From the human T2T-CHM13v2.0 reference genome, Homo sapiens: 64,000 nucleotides of DNA. A model generated the notes under the pieces. The model did no database searches, was not told the origin of the DNA, and worked only from the letters and a program-made list of their open reading frames with translations. This document shows positions 13,401-27,900 of the stretch, piece after piece. The first letter of the stretch is position 1. Each line of letters opens with the position of its first letter. The stretch lies in the NCBI RefSeq assembly GCF_009914755.1, contig NC_060948.1. One strand, 5' to 3'. The position numbers and the translations under genes were made by a program.

Positions 13401-15831
13401 AATGGAATTGAAAGGAATGGGATCGAATACAATGGAATATACTGGAATGTAATGTAATGAACTCGAATGTAATTGACTGGAATGGAATGTACATGAATGG
13501 AATGTAATCGAATGGAAAGTAATCCAATGGAATAGAATCTAATGCAATAAAATCGACTCAGATAGAGTAGAATGTAATGGAATGGAGTGCAGTGCAATGG
13601 AATGGAATGGAATGGAATGCAATAGAATGGAATTTAATGGAATGGAATGGAATGGAATGGAATGCCCTTGAATTAAATGGACTGGAATGGAATGGACTCG
13701 AACAGAGTGGAATGGAAAGTGTTGAGATAGAATGGAATGGACTCCTTTGGAATGGTCTAGTATGCAATGCAATCGACTGGCAGGGAATCAAAAGGAATGT
13801 AATCGAATGGATTGGACTGGAATGCAATGGACAGGAATAGATTGGAAACGGAATGCAAAGGAATGGAATGGAATAGTATGGAATGGAATGGAAAGGAATG
13901 GAGTGGAATAGACTAGAGTGGAATGGAATGGACTGAAAAGCAATGGACTGGAATGGAACTTTCTTGAATGGACTGGAATCAAACGGAATGGAATGCAATG
14001 CAATCAAATGGCATGGAATAAAATAGAATGAAAGAGAATCAAATGGAATTGAATCGAATGGAATCGAATGGATTGGAAAGGAATAGAATGGAATGGAATG
14101 GAATTGACTCAAATGGAATGGACTAGAATGGAATGGATTCGAATGGAAGGCAAAGGAATGGAATCTATTGGAATGGACTGTAATGGAATGGAATGGAAGG
14201 GATTGGAATGGACTCGAATGGAATGGACTGCAATAGAAAGGATTCGAATGGAATGAAAAAGAATTGAATGGAATAGAACAGAATGGAATCAAATCGAATG
14301 AAATGGAATGGAATAGAAAGGAATGGAATGAAATGGAATGGAAAGGATTCGAATGGAATGCAATCGAATGGAATGGAATCGAACGGAATTGAATAAAATG
14401 GAAGAAAACTGGCAAGAAATGGAATCGAAATGAATGGAGTGTTATGGAACGGACTCAAAAGGAATTGAATGTAATAGAATGGAGTGGAGTGGACTCGAAT
14501 ATAATGGACTGGAATGGAATGAAATCACATGGAATGGGAACGAATGGAATGGAATGGAAAGGAATGGAATCGAATGGAAAGGAATCGAATGGAAGGGAAT
14601 GAAATTGAATCAACAGGAATGGAAGGGAATAGAATAGACGGTAATGGAATGGACTCGAATAGAATGGACACGAATGCTCAAATTGAATGGACTCGAATGG
14701 AATGGAAACGAAAGGAATGTCATCGAATGGAATTGAATCGATTGGAATGAAATCGCATAGAATGGAGTGGAATCAAATGGAATTGAATCGAAAGGAAAGG
14801 AAGCGAATGGACTGAAATGAAATGGAATGGAATTGAACGGAAAGTAATGCAATGGAATAGAATGGAACGAAATTTCACGGAATGGAATCAAACTGAATGG
14901 AATCAAATCAATGGAATCAAATCAAATGGAATGGAAAGGAATTGAATGGAGTAGATTGGATTGGATGGGATTGGAATGAAATGTACTGGAAAGGACTCGA
15001 ATTTCATGAAACGGAATGGAATGAATTGGAACGGAATGGACTCGAATGGAATGGAATGTCATGGAATGGCATCAAATGGAATGGCATCAAATGGAATGGA
15101 ATCGAATGCAATGGAATGCTATGGAATGGAATGGAATGCATTGGAATGGAATGTCCTCTAATGGAATGGATTCGAGTGGAATGGAATCGAATATAATGGA
15201 GTCGAATGAAATGGAATTGAAAGGAATGGGATCGAATACAATGGAATATACTGGAATGTAATGTAATGAACTCGAATGTAATTGACTGGAATGGAATGTA
15301 CATGAATGGAATGTAATCGAATGGAAAGTAATCCAATGGAATAGAATCTAATGCAATAAAATCGACTCAGATAGAGTAGAATGTAATGGAATGGAGTGCA
15401 GTGCAATGGAATGGAATGGAATGGAATGCAATGGAATGGAATGGAATGGAATGGAATGGAATGGAATGGGATGGAATGGTATGGAATGGATAGTAATGGA
15501 CTGGAGTGAAATGGACTGGAAAGGAATGGACTCAAATTGAAAGGGCTCGAAAGGAATGGAGTCAAATGGAATGGTCTGGAATGGAATGAACACGAAAGTA
15601 ATGCAATCCAATAGAATGGAATTGAATGGCATGGAATATAAAGAAATGGAATCGAAGAGAATGGAAACAAATGGAATGGAATTGAATGGAATGGAATTGA
15701 ATGGAATGGGAACGAATGTAGTGAAATTGTATGCAGTAGAAGGGAATAGAATGGAATGCAAGCGAAAGGAAAGGAATGGATTGGAATGGAATGGAATTCA
15801 TTGGAATGGAAGGGAATGTAGTGTAATGGAC
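10459..15831 (+). repeat. Aberrant 1.5x unit (5,373 bp StuI interval = 3,564 + 1,809) containing a half unit
   Basis: The segment beginning gccctt recurs after only 1,809 bp (ORF copies at 12356 and 14165, 13195 and 15004). The EcoRI/StuI-containing half is skipped at ~13.63 kb. Confidence 0.95.
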
Positions 15832-18800
15832 AGGCCTGGAATAAAGTGGAATGCTACGGTCTCGAATGGAATAAAAATGTATGGAATGGAATGCAATGAA
15901 ACGGAATCGAATGTCATAGAATGTAATGGAATGCAAAAAAATGGAATCCAAAATCATTGACTGGAAAGGCTGGGTGTCGAAAGGAATTGACTCCAATGGA
16001 ATGGAATCGAATGGAATGGAAGTGAATAGAATCGAACTAAATCGAATGGAATGGAATTGATAGGAACGGAATGGAAAGGAATGCAATGATTTGGCATGGA
16101 ATGGAATCGAATGGCATCGAATGGAATGGAATGGAATGCAATGGAATGGAATGTATTAGAATGTAATGAACTTTAATGGAATGTACTCGAATGGATTCGA
16201 CTGGAATGGAATGTTCTGGAGGTGAATGGGCTCCAATGGAATGGATTCAAAAGGAATGGAATCGTACGGAATGGAATCTAATGGAATGGAATTAAATGGA
16301 AATGAATCAAATTGAATAGCACGGAATTGAATTGAATGGAATCGAATGCAATGGAATCTAATGAAACGGAAAGGAATGGAATGGAATGGAATGGAATGGA
16401 ATGGGCTGGAATGGAAAGGAATCGAAACGAATGGAATGGAATCGAACTGAAGAGACTGGAATGGAATGCACTGGAATGGAAGGGAGTGTAATGGAAGGTT
16501 CTCGAAAGAAATGGAATCGAATGGAATGGAATTGAATGGAACGGAATAGAGTCGAATAGAATTGAATGGAATGGAGTGGACTAGAGTGAAATGGAATCGA
16601 ACCACAAGGAATGGACAGGAATAGAATGGTCTCGAATTGAATGGAATCATATGGAATGGCTTTAAACGGAATGGAATGGACAGCCACGGAATGGAATGCA
16701 CTCGAATGCAATGGAGTCGAAACTAATGGACTGGAATAGAATGGACTCGACTGGTACGGACTCCAATGGAATGGAATCGAATGGAAGGGAATCGAACGGA
16801 ATGGACTCGAAGGGAAAAGACTGCAATGGAAAGGTCTCGAATGGAATGGAAATTAATGGAATGGAATGGAATCGAATGAAATGGAGTCAAAAGGAATGGA
16901 ATCGAATGGCAAGAAATCGAATGTAATGGAATCGCAAGGAATTGATGTGAACGGAACGGAATGGAATGGAATCCAAAGGAATGGAATAGAATGGAATGGA
17001 ATCGAATGGAAAGGACTCGAATGGAAATCACTCGAATAGAATGCAATTTAATAAAATAGGATCAAATGTAATGGAATGGAATGGAAAGGAATCGAAACGA
17101 AAGGAATGGAGACAGATGGAATGGAATGGAACAGAGAGCAATGGTATAGAATGGAATGGAATCATCTGGAATGGAATTGAATGGAATGGAATAATATGAA
17201 ATGGAATGGAATGGAATGCCCTTGATTTAAATGGACTGGAATGGAATGGACTCGAACAGAGTGGAATGGAAAGTGTTCAGATAGAATGGAATGGACTCCT
17301 TTGGAATGGTGTAGTATGCAATGCAATCGACTGGCAGGGAATCAAAAGGAATGTAATCGAATGGATTGGACTGGAATGCAATGGACAGGAATAGATTGGA
17401 AACGGAATGCAAAGGAATGGAATGGAATAGTATGGAATGGAATGGAAAGGAATGGAGTGGAATAGACTAGAGTGGAATGGAATGGACTGGAAAGCAATGG
17501 ACTGGAATGGAACTTTCTTGAATGGACTGGAATCAAACGGAATGGAATGCAATGCAATCAAATGGCATGGAATAAAATAGAATGAAAGAGAATCAAATGG
17601 AATTGAATCGAATGGAATCGAATGGATTGGAAAGGAATAGAATGGAATGGAATGGAATTGACTCAAATGGAATGGACTAGAATGGAATGGATTCGAATGG
17701 AAGGCAAAGGAATGGAATCTATTGGAATGGACTGTAATGGAATGGAATGGAAGGGATTGGAATGGACTCGAATGGAATGGACTGCAATAGAAAGGATTCG
17801 AATGGAATGAAAAAGAGTTGAATGGAATAGAACAGAATGGAATCAAATCGAATGAAATGGAATGGAATAGAAAGGAATGGAATGAAATGGAATGGAAAGG
17901 ATTCGAATGGAATGCAATCGAATGGAATGGAATCGAACGGAATGGAATAAAATGGAAGAAAACTGGCAAGAAATGGAATCGAAATGAATGGAGTGTTATG
18001 GAACGGACTCAAAAGGAATTGAATGTAATAGAATGGAGTGGAGTGGACTCGAATATAATGGACTGGAATGGAATGAAATCACATGGAATGGGAACGAATG
18101 GAATGGAATGGAAAGGAATGGAATCGAATGGAAAGGAATCGAATGGAAGGGAATGAAATTGAATCAACAGGAATGGAAGGGAATAGAATAGACGGTAATG
18201 GAATGGACTCGAATAGAATGGACACGAATGCTCAAATTGAATGGACTCGAATGGAATGGAAACGAAAGGAATGTCATCGAATGGAATTGAATCGATTGGA
18301 ATGAAATCGCATAGAATGGAGTGGAATCAAATGGAATTGAATCGAAAGGAAAGGAAGCGAATGGACTGAAATGAAATGGAATGGAATTGAACGGAAAGTA
18401 ATGCAATGGAATAGAATGGAACGAAATTTCACGGAATGGAATCAAACTGAATGGAATCAAATCAATGGAATCAAATCAAATGGAATGGAAAGGAATTGAA
18501 TGGAGTAGATTGGATTGGATGGGATTGGAATGAAATGTACTGGAAAGGACTCGAATTTCATGAAACGGAATGGAATGAATTGGAACGGAATGGACTCGAA
18601 TGGAATGGAATGTCATGGAATGGCATCAAATGGAATGGCATCAAATGGAATGGAATCGAATGCAATGGAATGCTATGGAATGGAATGGAATGCATTGGAA
18701 TGGAATGTCCTCTAATGGAATGGATTCGAGTGGAATGGAATCGAATATAATGGAGTCGAATGAAATGGAATTGAAAGGAATGGGATCGAATACAATGGAA

Positions 18801-21800
18801 TATACTGGAATGTAATGTAATGAACTCGAATGTAATTGACTGGAATGGAATGTACATGAATGGAATGTAATCGAATGGAAAGTAATCCAATGGAATAGAA
18901 TCTAATGCAATAAAATCGACTCAGATAGAGTAGAATGTAATGGAATGGAGTGCAGTGCAATGGAATGGAATTGAATGGAATGCAATGGAATGGAATGGAA
19001 TGGAATGGAATGGAATGGAATGGGATGGAATGGTATGGAATGGATAGTAATGGACTGGAGTGAAATGGACTGGAAAGGAATGGACTCAAATTGAAAGGGC
19101 TCGAAAGGAATGGAGTCAAATGGAATGGTCTGGAATGGAATGAACACGAAAGTAATGCAATCCAATAGAATGGAATTGAATGGCATGGAATATAAAGAAA
19201 TGGAATCGAAGAGAATGGAAACAAATGGAATGGAATTGAATGGAATGGAATTGAATGGAATGGGAACGAATGTAGTGAAATTGTATGCAGTAGAAGGGAA
19301 TAGAATGGAATGCAAGCGAAAGGAAAGGAATGGATTGGAATGGAATGGAATTCATTGGAATGGAAGGGAATGTAGTGTAATGGACAGGCCTGGAATAAAG
19401 TGGAATGCTACGGTCTCGAATGGAATAAAAATGTATGGAATGGAATGCAATGAAACGGAATCGAATGTCATAGAATGTAATGGAATGCAAAAAAATGGAA
19501 TCCAAAATCATTGACTGGAAAGGCTGGGTGTCGAAAGGAATTGACTCCAATGGAATGGAATCGAATGGAATGGAAGTGAATAGAATCGAACTAAATCGAA
19601 TGGAATGGAATTGATAGGAACGGAATGGAAAGGAATGCAATGATTTGGCATGGAATGGAATCGAATGGCATCGAATGGAATGGAATGGAATGCAATGGAA
19701 TGGAATGTATTAGAATGTAATGAACTTTAATGGAATGTACTCGAATGGATTCGACTGGAATGGAATGTTCTGGAGGTGAATGGGCTCCAATGGAATGGAT
19801 TCAAAAGGAATGGAATCGTACGGAATGGAATCTAATGGAATGGAATTAAATGGAAATGAATCAAATTGAATAGCACGGAATTGAATTGAATGGAATCGAA
19901 TGCAATGGAATCTAATGAAACGGAAAGGAATGGAATGGAATGGAATGGAATGGAATGGGCTGGAATGGAAAGGAATCGAAACGAATGGAATGGAATCGAA
20001 CTGAAGAGACTGGAATGGAATGCACTGGAATGGAAGGGAGTGTAATGGAAGGTTCTCGAAAGAAATGGAATCGAATGGAATGGAATTGAATGGAACGGAA
20101 TAGAGTCGAATAGAATTGAATGGAATGGAGTGGACTAGAGTGAAATGGAATCGAACCACAAGGAATGGACAGGAATAGAATGGTCTCGAATTGAATGGAA
20201 TCATATGGAATGGCTTTAAACGGAATGGAATGGACAGCCACGGAATGGAATGCACTCGAATGCAATGGAGTCGAAACTAATGGACTGGAATAGAATGGAC
20301 TCGACTGGTACGGACTCCAATGGAATGGAATCGAATGGAAGGGAATCGAACGGAATGGACTCGAAGGGAAAAGACTGCAATGGAAAGGTCTCGAATGGAA
20401 TGGAAATTAATGGAATGGAATGGAATCGAATGAAATGGAGTCAAAAGGAATGGAATCGAATGGCAAGAAATCGAATGTAATGGAATCGCAAGGAATTGAT
20501 GTGAACGGAACGGAATGGAATGGAATCCAAAGGAATGGAATAGAATGGAATGGAATCGAATGGAAAGGACTCGAATGGAAATCACTCGAATAGAATGCAA
20601 TTTAATAAAATAGGATCAAATGTAATGGAATGGAATGGAAAGGAATCGAAACGAAAGGAATGGAGACAGATGGAATGGAATGGAACAGAGAGCAATGGTA
20701 TAGAATGGAATGGAATCATCTGGAATGGAATTGAATGGAATGGAATAATATGAAATGGAATGGAATGGAATGCCCTTGATTTAAATGGACTGGAATGGAA
20801 TGGACTCGAACAGAGTGGAATGGAAAGTGTTCAGATAGAATGGAATGGACTCCTTTGGAATGGTGTAGTATGCAATGCAATCGACTGGCAGGGAATCAAA
20901 AGGAATGTAATCGAATGGATTGGACTGGAATGCAATGGACAGGAATAGATTGGAAACGGAATGCAAAGGAATGGAATGGAATAGTATGGAATGGAATGGA
21001 AAGGAATGGAGTGGAATAGACTAGAGTGGAATGGAATGGACTGGAAAGCAATGGACTGGAATGGAACTTTCTTGAATGGACTGGAATCAAACGGAATGGA
21101 ATGCAATGCAATCAAATGGCATGGAATAAAATAGAATGAAAGAGAATCAAATGGAATTGAATCGAATGGAATCGAATGGATTGGAAAGGAATAGAATGGA
21201 ATGGAATGGAATTGACTCAAATGGAATGGACTAGAATGGAATGGATTCGAATGGAAGGCAAAGGAATGGAATCTATTGGAATGGACTGTAATGGAATGGA
21301 ATGGAAGGGATTGGAATGGACTCGAATGGAATGGACTGCAATAGAAAGGATTCGAATGGAATGAAAAAGAGTTGAATGGAATAGAACAGAATGGAATCAA
21401 ATCGAATGAAATGGAATGGAATAGAAAGGAATGGAATGAAATGGAATGGAAAGGATTCGAATGGAATGCAATCGAATGGAATGGAATCGAACGGAATGGA
21501 ATAAAATGGAAGAAAACTGGCAAGAAATGGAATCGAAATGAATGGAGTGTTATGGAACGGACTCAAAAGGAATTGAATGTAATAGAATGGAGTGGAGTGG
21601 ACTCGAATATAATGGACTGGAATGGAATGAAATCACATGGAATGGGAACGAATGGAATGGAATGGAAAGGAATGGAATCGAATGGAAAGGAATCGAATGG
21701 AAGGGAATGAAATTGAATCAACAGGAATGGAAGGGAATAGAATAGACGGTAATGGAATGGACTCGAATAGAATGGACACGAATGCTCAAATTGAATGGAC

Positions 21801-21900
21801 TCGAATGGAATGGAAACGAAAGGAATGTCATCGAATGGAATTGAATCGATTGGAATGAAATCGCATAGAATGGAGTGGAATCAAATGGAATTGAATCGAA
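14400..21900 (+). repeat. Recent tandem duplication of one unit (period 3,554 bp)
   Basis: Rare variants occur twice, 3,554 bp apart: gaacggaaagt, gaatgtagtgaa, ttctggaggt, ggctttaaac, agtgttcag. Boundaries are approximate. Confidence 0.85.
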
Positions 21901-24900
21901 AGGAAAGGAAGCGAATGGACTGAAATGAAATGGAATGGAATTGAATGGAAAGTAATGCAATGGAATAGAATGGAACGAAATTTCACGGAATGGAATCAAA
22001 CTGAATGGAATCAAATCAATGGAATCCAATCAAATGGAATGGAGTAGATTGGATTGGATGGGATTGAAATGAAATGTACTGGAAAGGACTCGAATTTCAT
22101 GAAACGGAATGGAATGAATTGGAACGGAATGGACTCGAATGGAATGGAATGTCATAGAATGGCATCAAATGGAATGGCATCAAATGGAATGGAATCGAAT
22201 GCAATGGAATGCTATGGAATGGAATGGAATGCATTGGCATGGAATGTCCTCTAATGGAATGGATTCGAGTGGAATGGAATCGAATATAATGGAGTCGAAT
22301 GAAATGGAATTGAAAGGAATGGGATCGAATACAATGGAATATACTGGAATGTAATGTAATGAACTCGAATGTAATTGACTGGAATGGAATGTACATGAAT
22401 GGAATGTAATCGAATGGAAAGTAATCCAATGGAATAGAATCTAATGCAATAAAATCGACTCAGATAGAGTAGAATGTAATGGAATGGAGTGCAGTGCAAT
22501 GGAATGCAATGGAATGGAATGCAATGGAATGGAATGGAATGGAATGGAATGGAATGGAATGGAATGGTGTGGAATGGATAGTAATGGACTGGAGTGAAAT
22601 GGACTGGAAAGGAATGGACTCAAATTGAAAGGGCTCGAAAGGAATGGAGTCAAATGGAATGGTCTGGAATGGAATGAACACGAATGTAATGCAATCCAAT
22701 AGAATGGAATCGAATGGCATGGAATATAAAGAAATGGAATCGAAGAGAATGGAAACAAATGGAATGGAATTGAGTGGAATGGAATTGAATGGAATGGGAA
22801 CGAATGGAGTGAAATTGTATGCAGTAGAAGAGAATAGAATGGAATGCAAGCGAAAGGAAAGGAATGGATTGGAATGGAATGGAATTCATTGGAATGGAAG
22901 GGAATGTAGTGTAATGGACAGGCCTGGAATAAAGTGGAATGCTACTGTCTCGAATGGAATAAAAATGTATGGAATGGAATGCAATGAAACGGAATCGAAT
23001 GTCATAGAATGTAATGGAATGCAAAAAAATGGAATCCAAAATCATTGACTGGAAAGGCTGGGTGTCGAAAGGAATTGACTCCAATGGAATGGAATCGAAT
23101 GGAATGGAAGTGAATAGAATCGAACTAAATCGAATGGAATGGAATTGATAGGAACGGAATGGAAAGGAATGCAATGATTTGGCATGGAATGGAATCGAAT
23201 GGCATCGAATGGAATGGAATGGAATGCAATGGAATGGAATGTATTAGAATGTAATGAACTTTAATGGAATGTACTCGAATGGATTCGACTGGAATGGAAT
23301 GTTCTGGAAGTGAATGGACTCCAATGGAATGGATTCAAAAGGAATGGAATCGTACGGAATGGAATCTAATGGAATGGAATTAAATGGAAATGAATCAAAT
23401 TGAATAGCACGGAATTGAATTGAATGGAATGGAATGCAATGGAATCAAATGAAATGGAAAGGAAAGGAATGGAATGGAATGGAATGGGCTGGAATGGAAA
23501 GGAATCGAAACGAATGGAATGGAATCGAACTGAAGAGACTGGAATGGAATGCACTGGAATGGAAGGGAGTGTAATGGAAGGTTCTCGGAAAAAATGGAAT
23601 GGAATGGAATGGAATTGAATGGAACGGAATAGAGTCGAATGGAATTGAATGGAATGGAATGGACTAGAGTGAAATGGAATCGAACCACAAGGAATGGACA
23701 GGAATAGAATGGTCTCGAATTGAATGGAATCGTATGGAATGGCATCAAACGGAATGGAATGGACAGCCACGGAATGGAATGCACTCGAATGCAATGGAGT
23801 CGAAACTAATGGACTGGAATAGAATGGACTCGACTGGTACGGACTCCAATGGAATGGAATCGAATGGAAGGGAATCGAACGGAATGGACTCGAAGGGAAA
23901 AGACTGCAATGGAAAGGTCTCGAATGGAATGGAAATTAATGGAATGGAATGGAATCGAATGAAATGGAGTCAAAAGGAATGGAATGGAATGGCAAGAAAT
24001 CGAATGTAATGGAATCGCAAGGAATTGATGTGAACGGAACGGAATGGAATGGAATCCAAAGGAATGGAATAGAATGGAATGGAATCGAATGGAAAGGACT
24101 CGAATGGAAATCACTCGAATAGAATGCAATTTAATAAAATAGGATCAAATGTAATGGAATGGAATGGAAAGGAATCGAAACGAAAGGAATGGAGACAGAT
24201 GGAATGGAATAGAACAGAGAGCAATGGTATAGAATGGAATGGAATCATCTGGAATGGAATTGAATGGAATGGAATAATATGAAATGGAATGGAATGGAAT
24301 GGAATGGAATGCCCTTGAATTAAATGGACTGGAATGGAATGGCCTCGAACAGAGTGGAATGGAAAGTGTTGAGATAGAATGGAATGGACTCCTTTGGAAT
24401 GGTGTAGTATGCAATGCAATCGACTGGCAGGGAATCAAAAGGAATGTAATCGAATGGATTGGACTGGAATGCAATGGACTCGAATAGATTGCAAACGGAA
24501 TGCAAAGGAATGGAATGGAATAGTATGGAATGGAATGGAAAGGAATGGAGTGGAATAGACTAGAGTGGAATGGAATGGACTGGAAAGCAGTGGACTGGAA
24601 TGGAACTTTCTTGAATGGACTGGAATCAAACGGAATGGAATGCAATGCAATCCAATGGCATGGAATAAAATAGAATGAAAGAGAATCAAATGGAATTGAA
24701 TCGAATGGAATCGAATGGATTGGAAAGGAATAGAATGGAATGGAATGGAATGGACTAGAATGGAATGGATTCGAATGGAAGGCAAAGGAATGGAATCTAT
24801 TGGAATGGACTGTAATGGAATGGAATGGAAGGGATTGGAATGGACTCGAATGGAATGGACTGCAATAGAAAGGATTCGAATGGAATGAAAAAGAGTTGAA

Positions 24901-27900
24901 TGGAATAGAACAGAATGGAATCAAATCGAATGAAATGGAATGGAATAGAAAGGAATGGAATGAAATGGAATGGAAAGGATTCGAATGGAATGCAATCGAA
25001 TGGAATGGAATCGAACGGAATGGAATAAAATGGAAGAAAACTGGCAAGAAAGGGAATCGAAATGAATGGAGTGTTATGGAACGGACTCAAAAGGAATTGA
25101 ATGTAATAGAATGGAGTGGAGTGGACTCGAATATAATGGACTGGAATGGAATGAAATCACATGGAATGGGAACGAATGGAATGGAATGGAAAGGAATCGA
25201 ATGGAAGGGAATGAAATTGAATCAACAGGAATGGAAGGGAATAGAATAGACGGTAATGGAATGGACTCGAATAGAATGGACACGAATGCTCAAATTGAAT
25301 GGACTCGAATGGAATGGAAACGAAAGGAATGTCATCGAATGGAATTGAATCGATTGGAATGAAATAGCATAGAATGGAGTGGAATCAAATGGAATTGAAT
25401 CGAAAGGAAAGGAAGCGAATGGACTGAAATGAAATGGAATGGAATTGAATGGAAAGTAATGCAATGGAATAGAATGGAACGAAATTTCAGGGAATGGAAT
25501 CAAACTGAATGGAATCAAATCAATGGAATCCAATCAAATGGAATGGAGTAGATTGGATTGGATGGGATTGAAATGAAATGTACTGGAAAGGACTCGAATT
25601 TCATGAAACGGAATGGAATGAATTGGAACGGAATGGACTCGAATGGAATGGAATGTAATAGAATGGCATCAAATGGAATGGCATCAAATGGAATGGAATC
25701 GAATGCAATGGAATGCTATGGAATGGAATGGAATGCATTGGCATGGAATGTCCTCTAATGGAATGGATTCGAGTGGAATGGAATCGAATATAATGGAGTC
25801 GAATGAAATGGAATTGAAAGGAATGGGATCGAATACAATGGAATATACTGGAATGTAATGTAATGAACTAGAATGTAATTGACTGGAATGGAATGTACAT
25901 GAATGGAATGTAATCGAATGGAAAGTAATCCAATGGAATAGAATCTAATGCAATAAAATCGACTCAGATAGAGTAGAATGTAATGGAATGGAGTGCAGTG
26001 CAATGGAATGGAATGGAATGGAATGCAATGGAATGGAATGGAATGGAATGGAATGGAATGGAATGGGATGGAATGGTATGGAATGGATAGTAATGGACTG
26101 GAGTGAAATGGACTGGAAAGGAATGGACTCAAATTGAAAGGGCTGGAAAGGAATGGAGTCAAATGGAATGGTCTGGAATGGAATGAACACGAAAGTAATG
26201 CAATCCAATAGAATGGAATCGAATGGAATGGAATATAATGAAATGGAATCGAAGAGAATGGAAACAAATGGAATGGAATTGAATGGAATGGGAACGAATG
26301 GAGTGAAATTGTATGCAGTAGAAGGGAATAGAATGGAATGCAAGCGAAAGGAAAGGAATGGATTGGAATGGAATGGAATTCATTGGAATGGAAGGGAATG
26401 TAGTGTAATGGACAGGCCTGGAATAAAGTGGAATGCTACGGTCTCGAATGGAATAAAAATGTATGGAATGGAATGCAATGAAACGGAATCGAATGTCATA
26501 GAATGTAATGGAATGCAAAAAAATGGAATCCAAAATCATTGACTGGAAAGGCTGGGTGTCGAAAGGAATTGACTCCAATGGAATGGAATCGAATGGAATG
26601 GAAGTGAATAGAATCGAACTAAATCGAATGGAATGGAATTGATAGGAACGGAATGGAAAGGAATGCAATGATTTGGCACGGAATGGAATCGAATGGCATC
26701 GAATGGAATGGAATGGAATGCAATGGAATGGAATGTATTAGAATGTAATGAACTTTAATGGAATGTACTCGAATGGAATCGACTGGAATGGAATGTTCTG
26801 GAAGTGAATGGAATCCAATGGAATGGATACAAAAGGAATGGAATCGTACGGAATGGAATCTAATGGAATGGAATTAAATGGAAATGAATCAAATTGAATA
26901 GCATGGAATTGAATTGAATGGAATCGAATGCAATGGAATCTAATGAAACGGAAAGGAAAGGAATGGAATGGAATGGAATGGGCTGGAATGGAAAGGAATC
27001 GAAACGAATGGAATGGAATCGAATTGACGAGACTGGAATGGAATGCACTGGAATGGAAGGGAGTGTAATGGAAGGTTCTCGAAAAAAATGGAATCGAATG
27101 GAATGGAATTGAATGGAACGGAATAGAGTCGAATGGAATTGAATAGAATGGAATGGACTAGAGTGAAATGGAATCGAACCACAAGGAATGGACAGGAATA
27201 GAATGGTCTCGAATTGAATGGAATCGTATGGAATGGCATCAAACGGAATGGAATGGACAGCCACGGAATGGAATGCACTCGAATGCAATGGATTCGAAAC
27301 TAATGGACTGGAATAGAATGGACTCGACTGGTACGGACTCCAATGGAATGGAATCGAATGGAAGGGAATCGAACGGAATGGACTCGAAGGGAAAAGACTG
27401 CAATGGAAAGGTCTCGAATGGAATGGAAATTAATGGAATGGAATGGAATAGAATGAAATGGAGTCAAAAGGAATGGAATGGAATGGCAAGAAATCGAATG
27501 TAATGGAATCGCAAGGAATTGATGTGAACGGAACGGAATGGAATGGAATCCAAAGGAATGGAATAGAATGGAATGGAATCGAATGGAAAGGACTCGAATG
27601 GAAATCACTCGAATAGAATGCAATTTAATAAAATAGGATCAAATGTAATGGAATGGAATGGAAAGGAATCGAAACGAAAGGAATGGAGACAGATGGAATG
27701 GAATGGAACAGAGAGCAATGGTATAGAATGGAATGGAATCATCTGGAATGGAATTGAATGGAATGGAATAATATGAAATGGAATGGAATGGAATGGAATG
27801 GAATGGAATGCCCTTGAATTAAATGGACTGGAATGGAATGGACTCGAACAGAGTGGAATGGAAAGTGTTGAGATAGAATGGAATGGACTCGTTTGGAATG

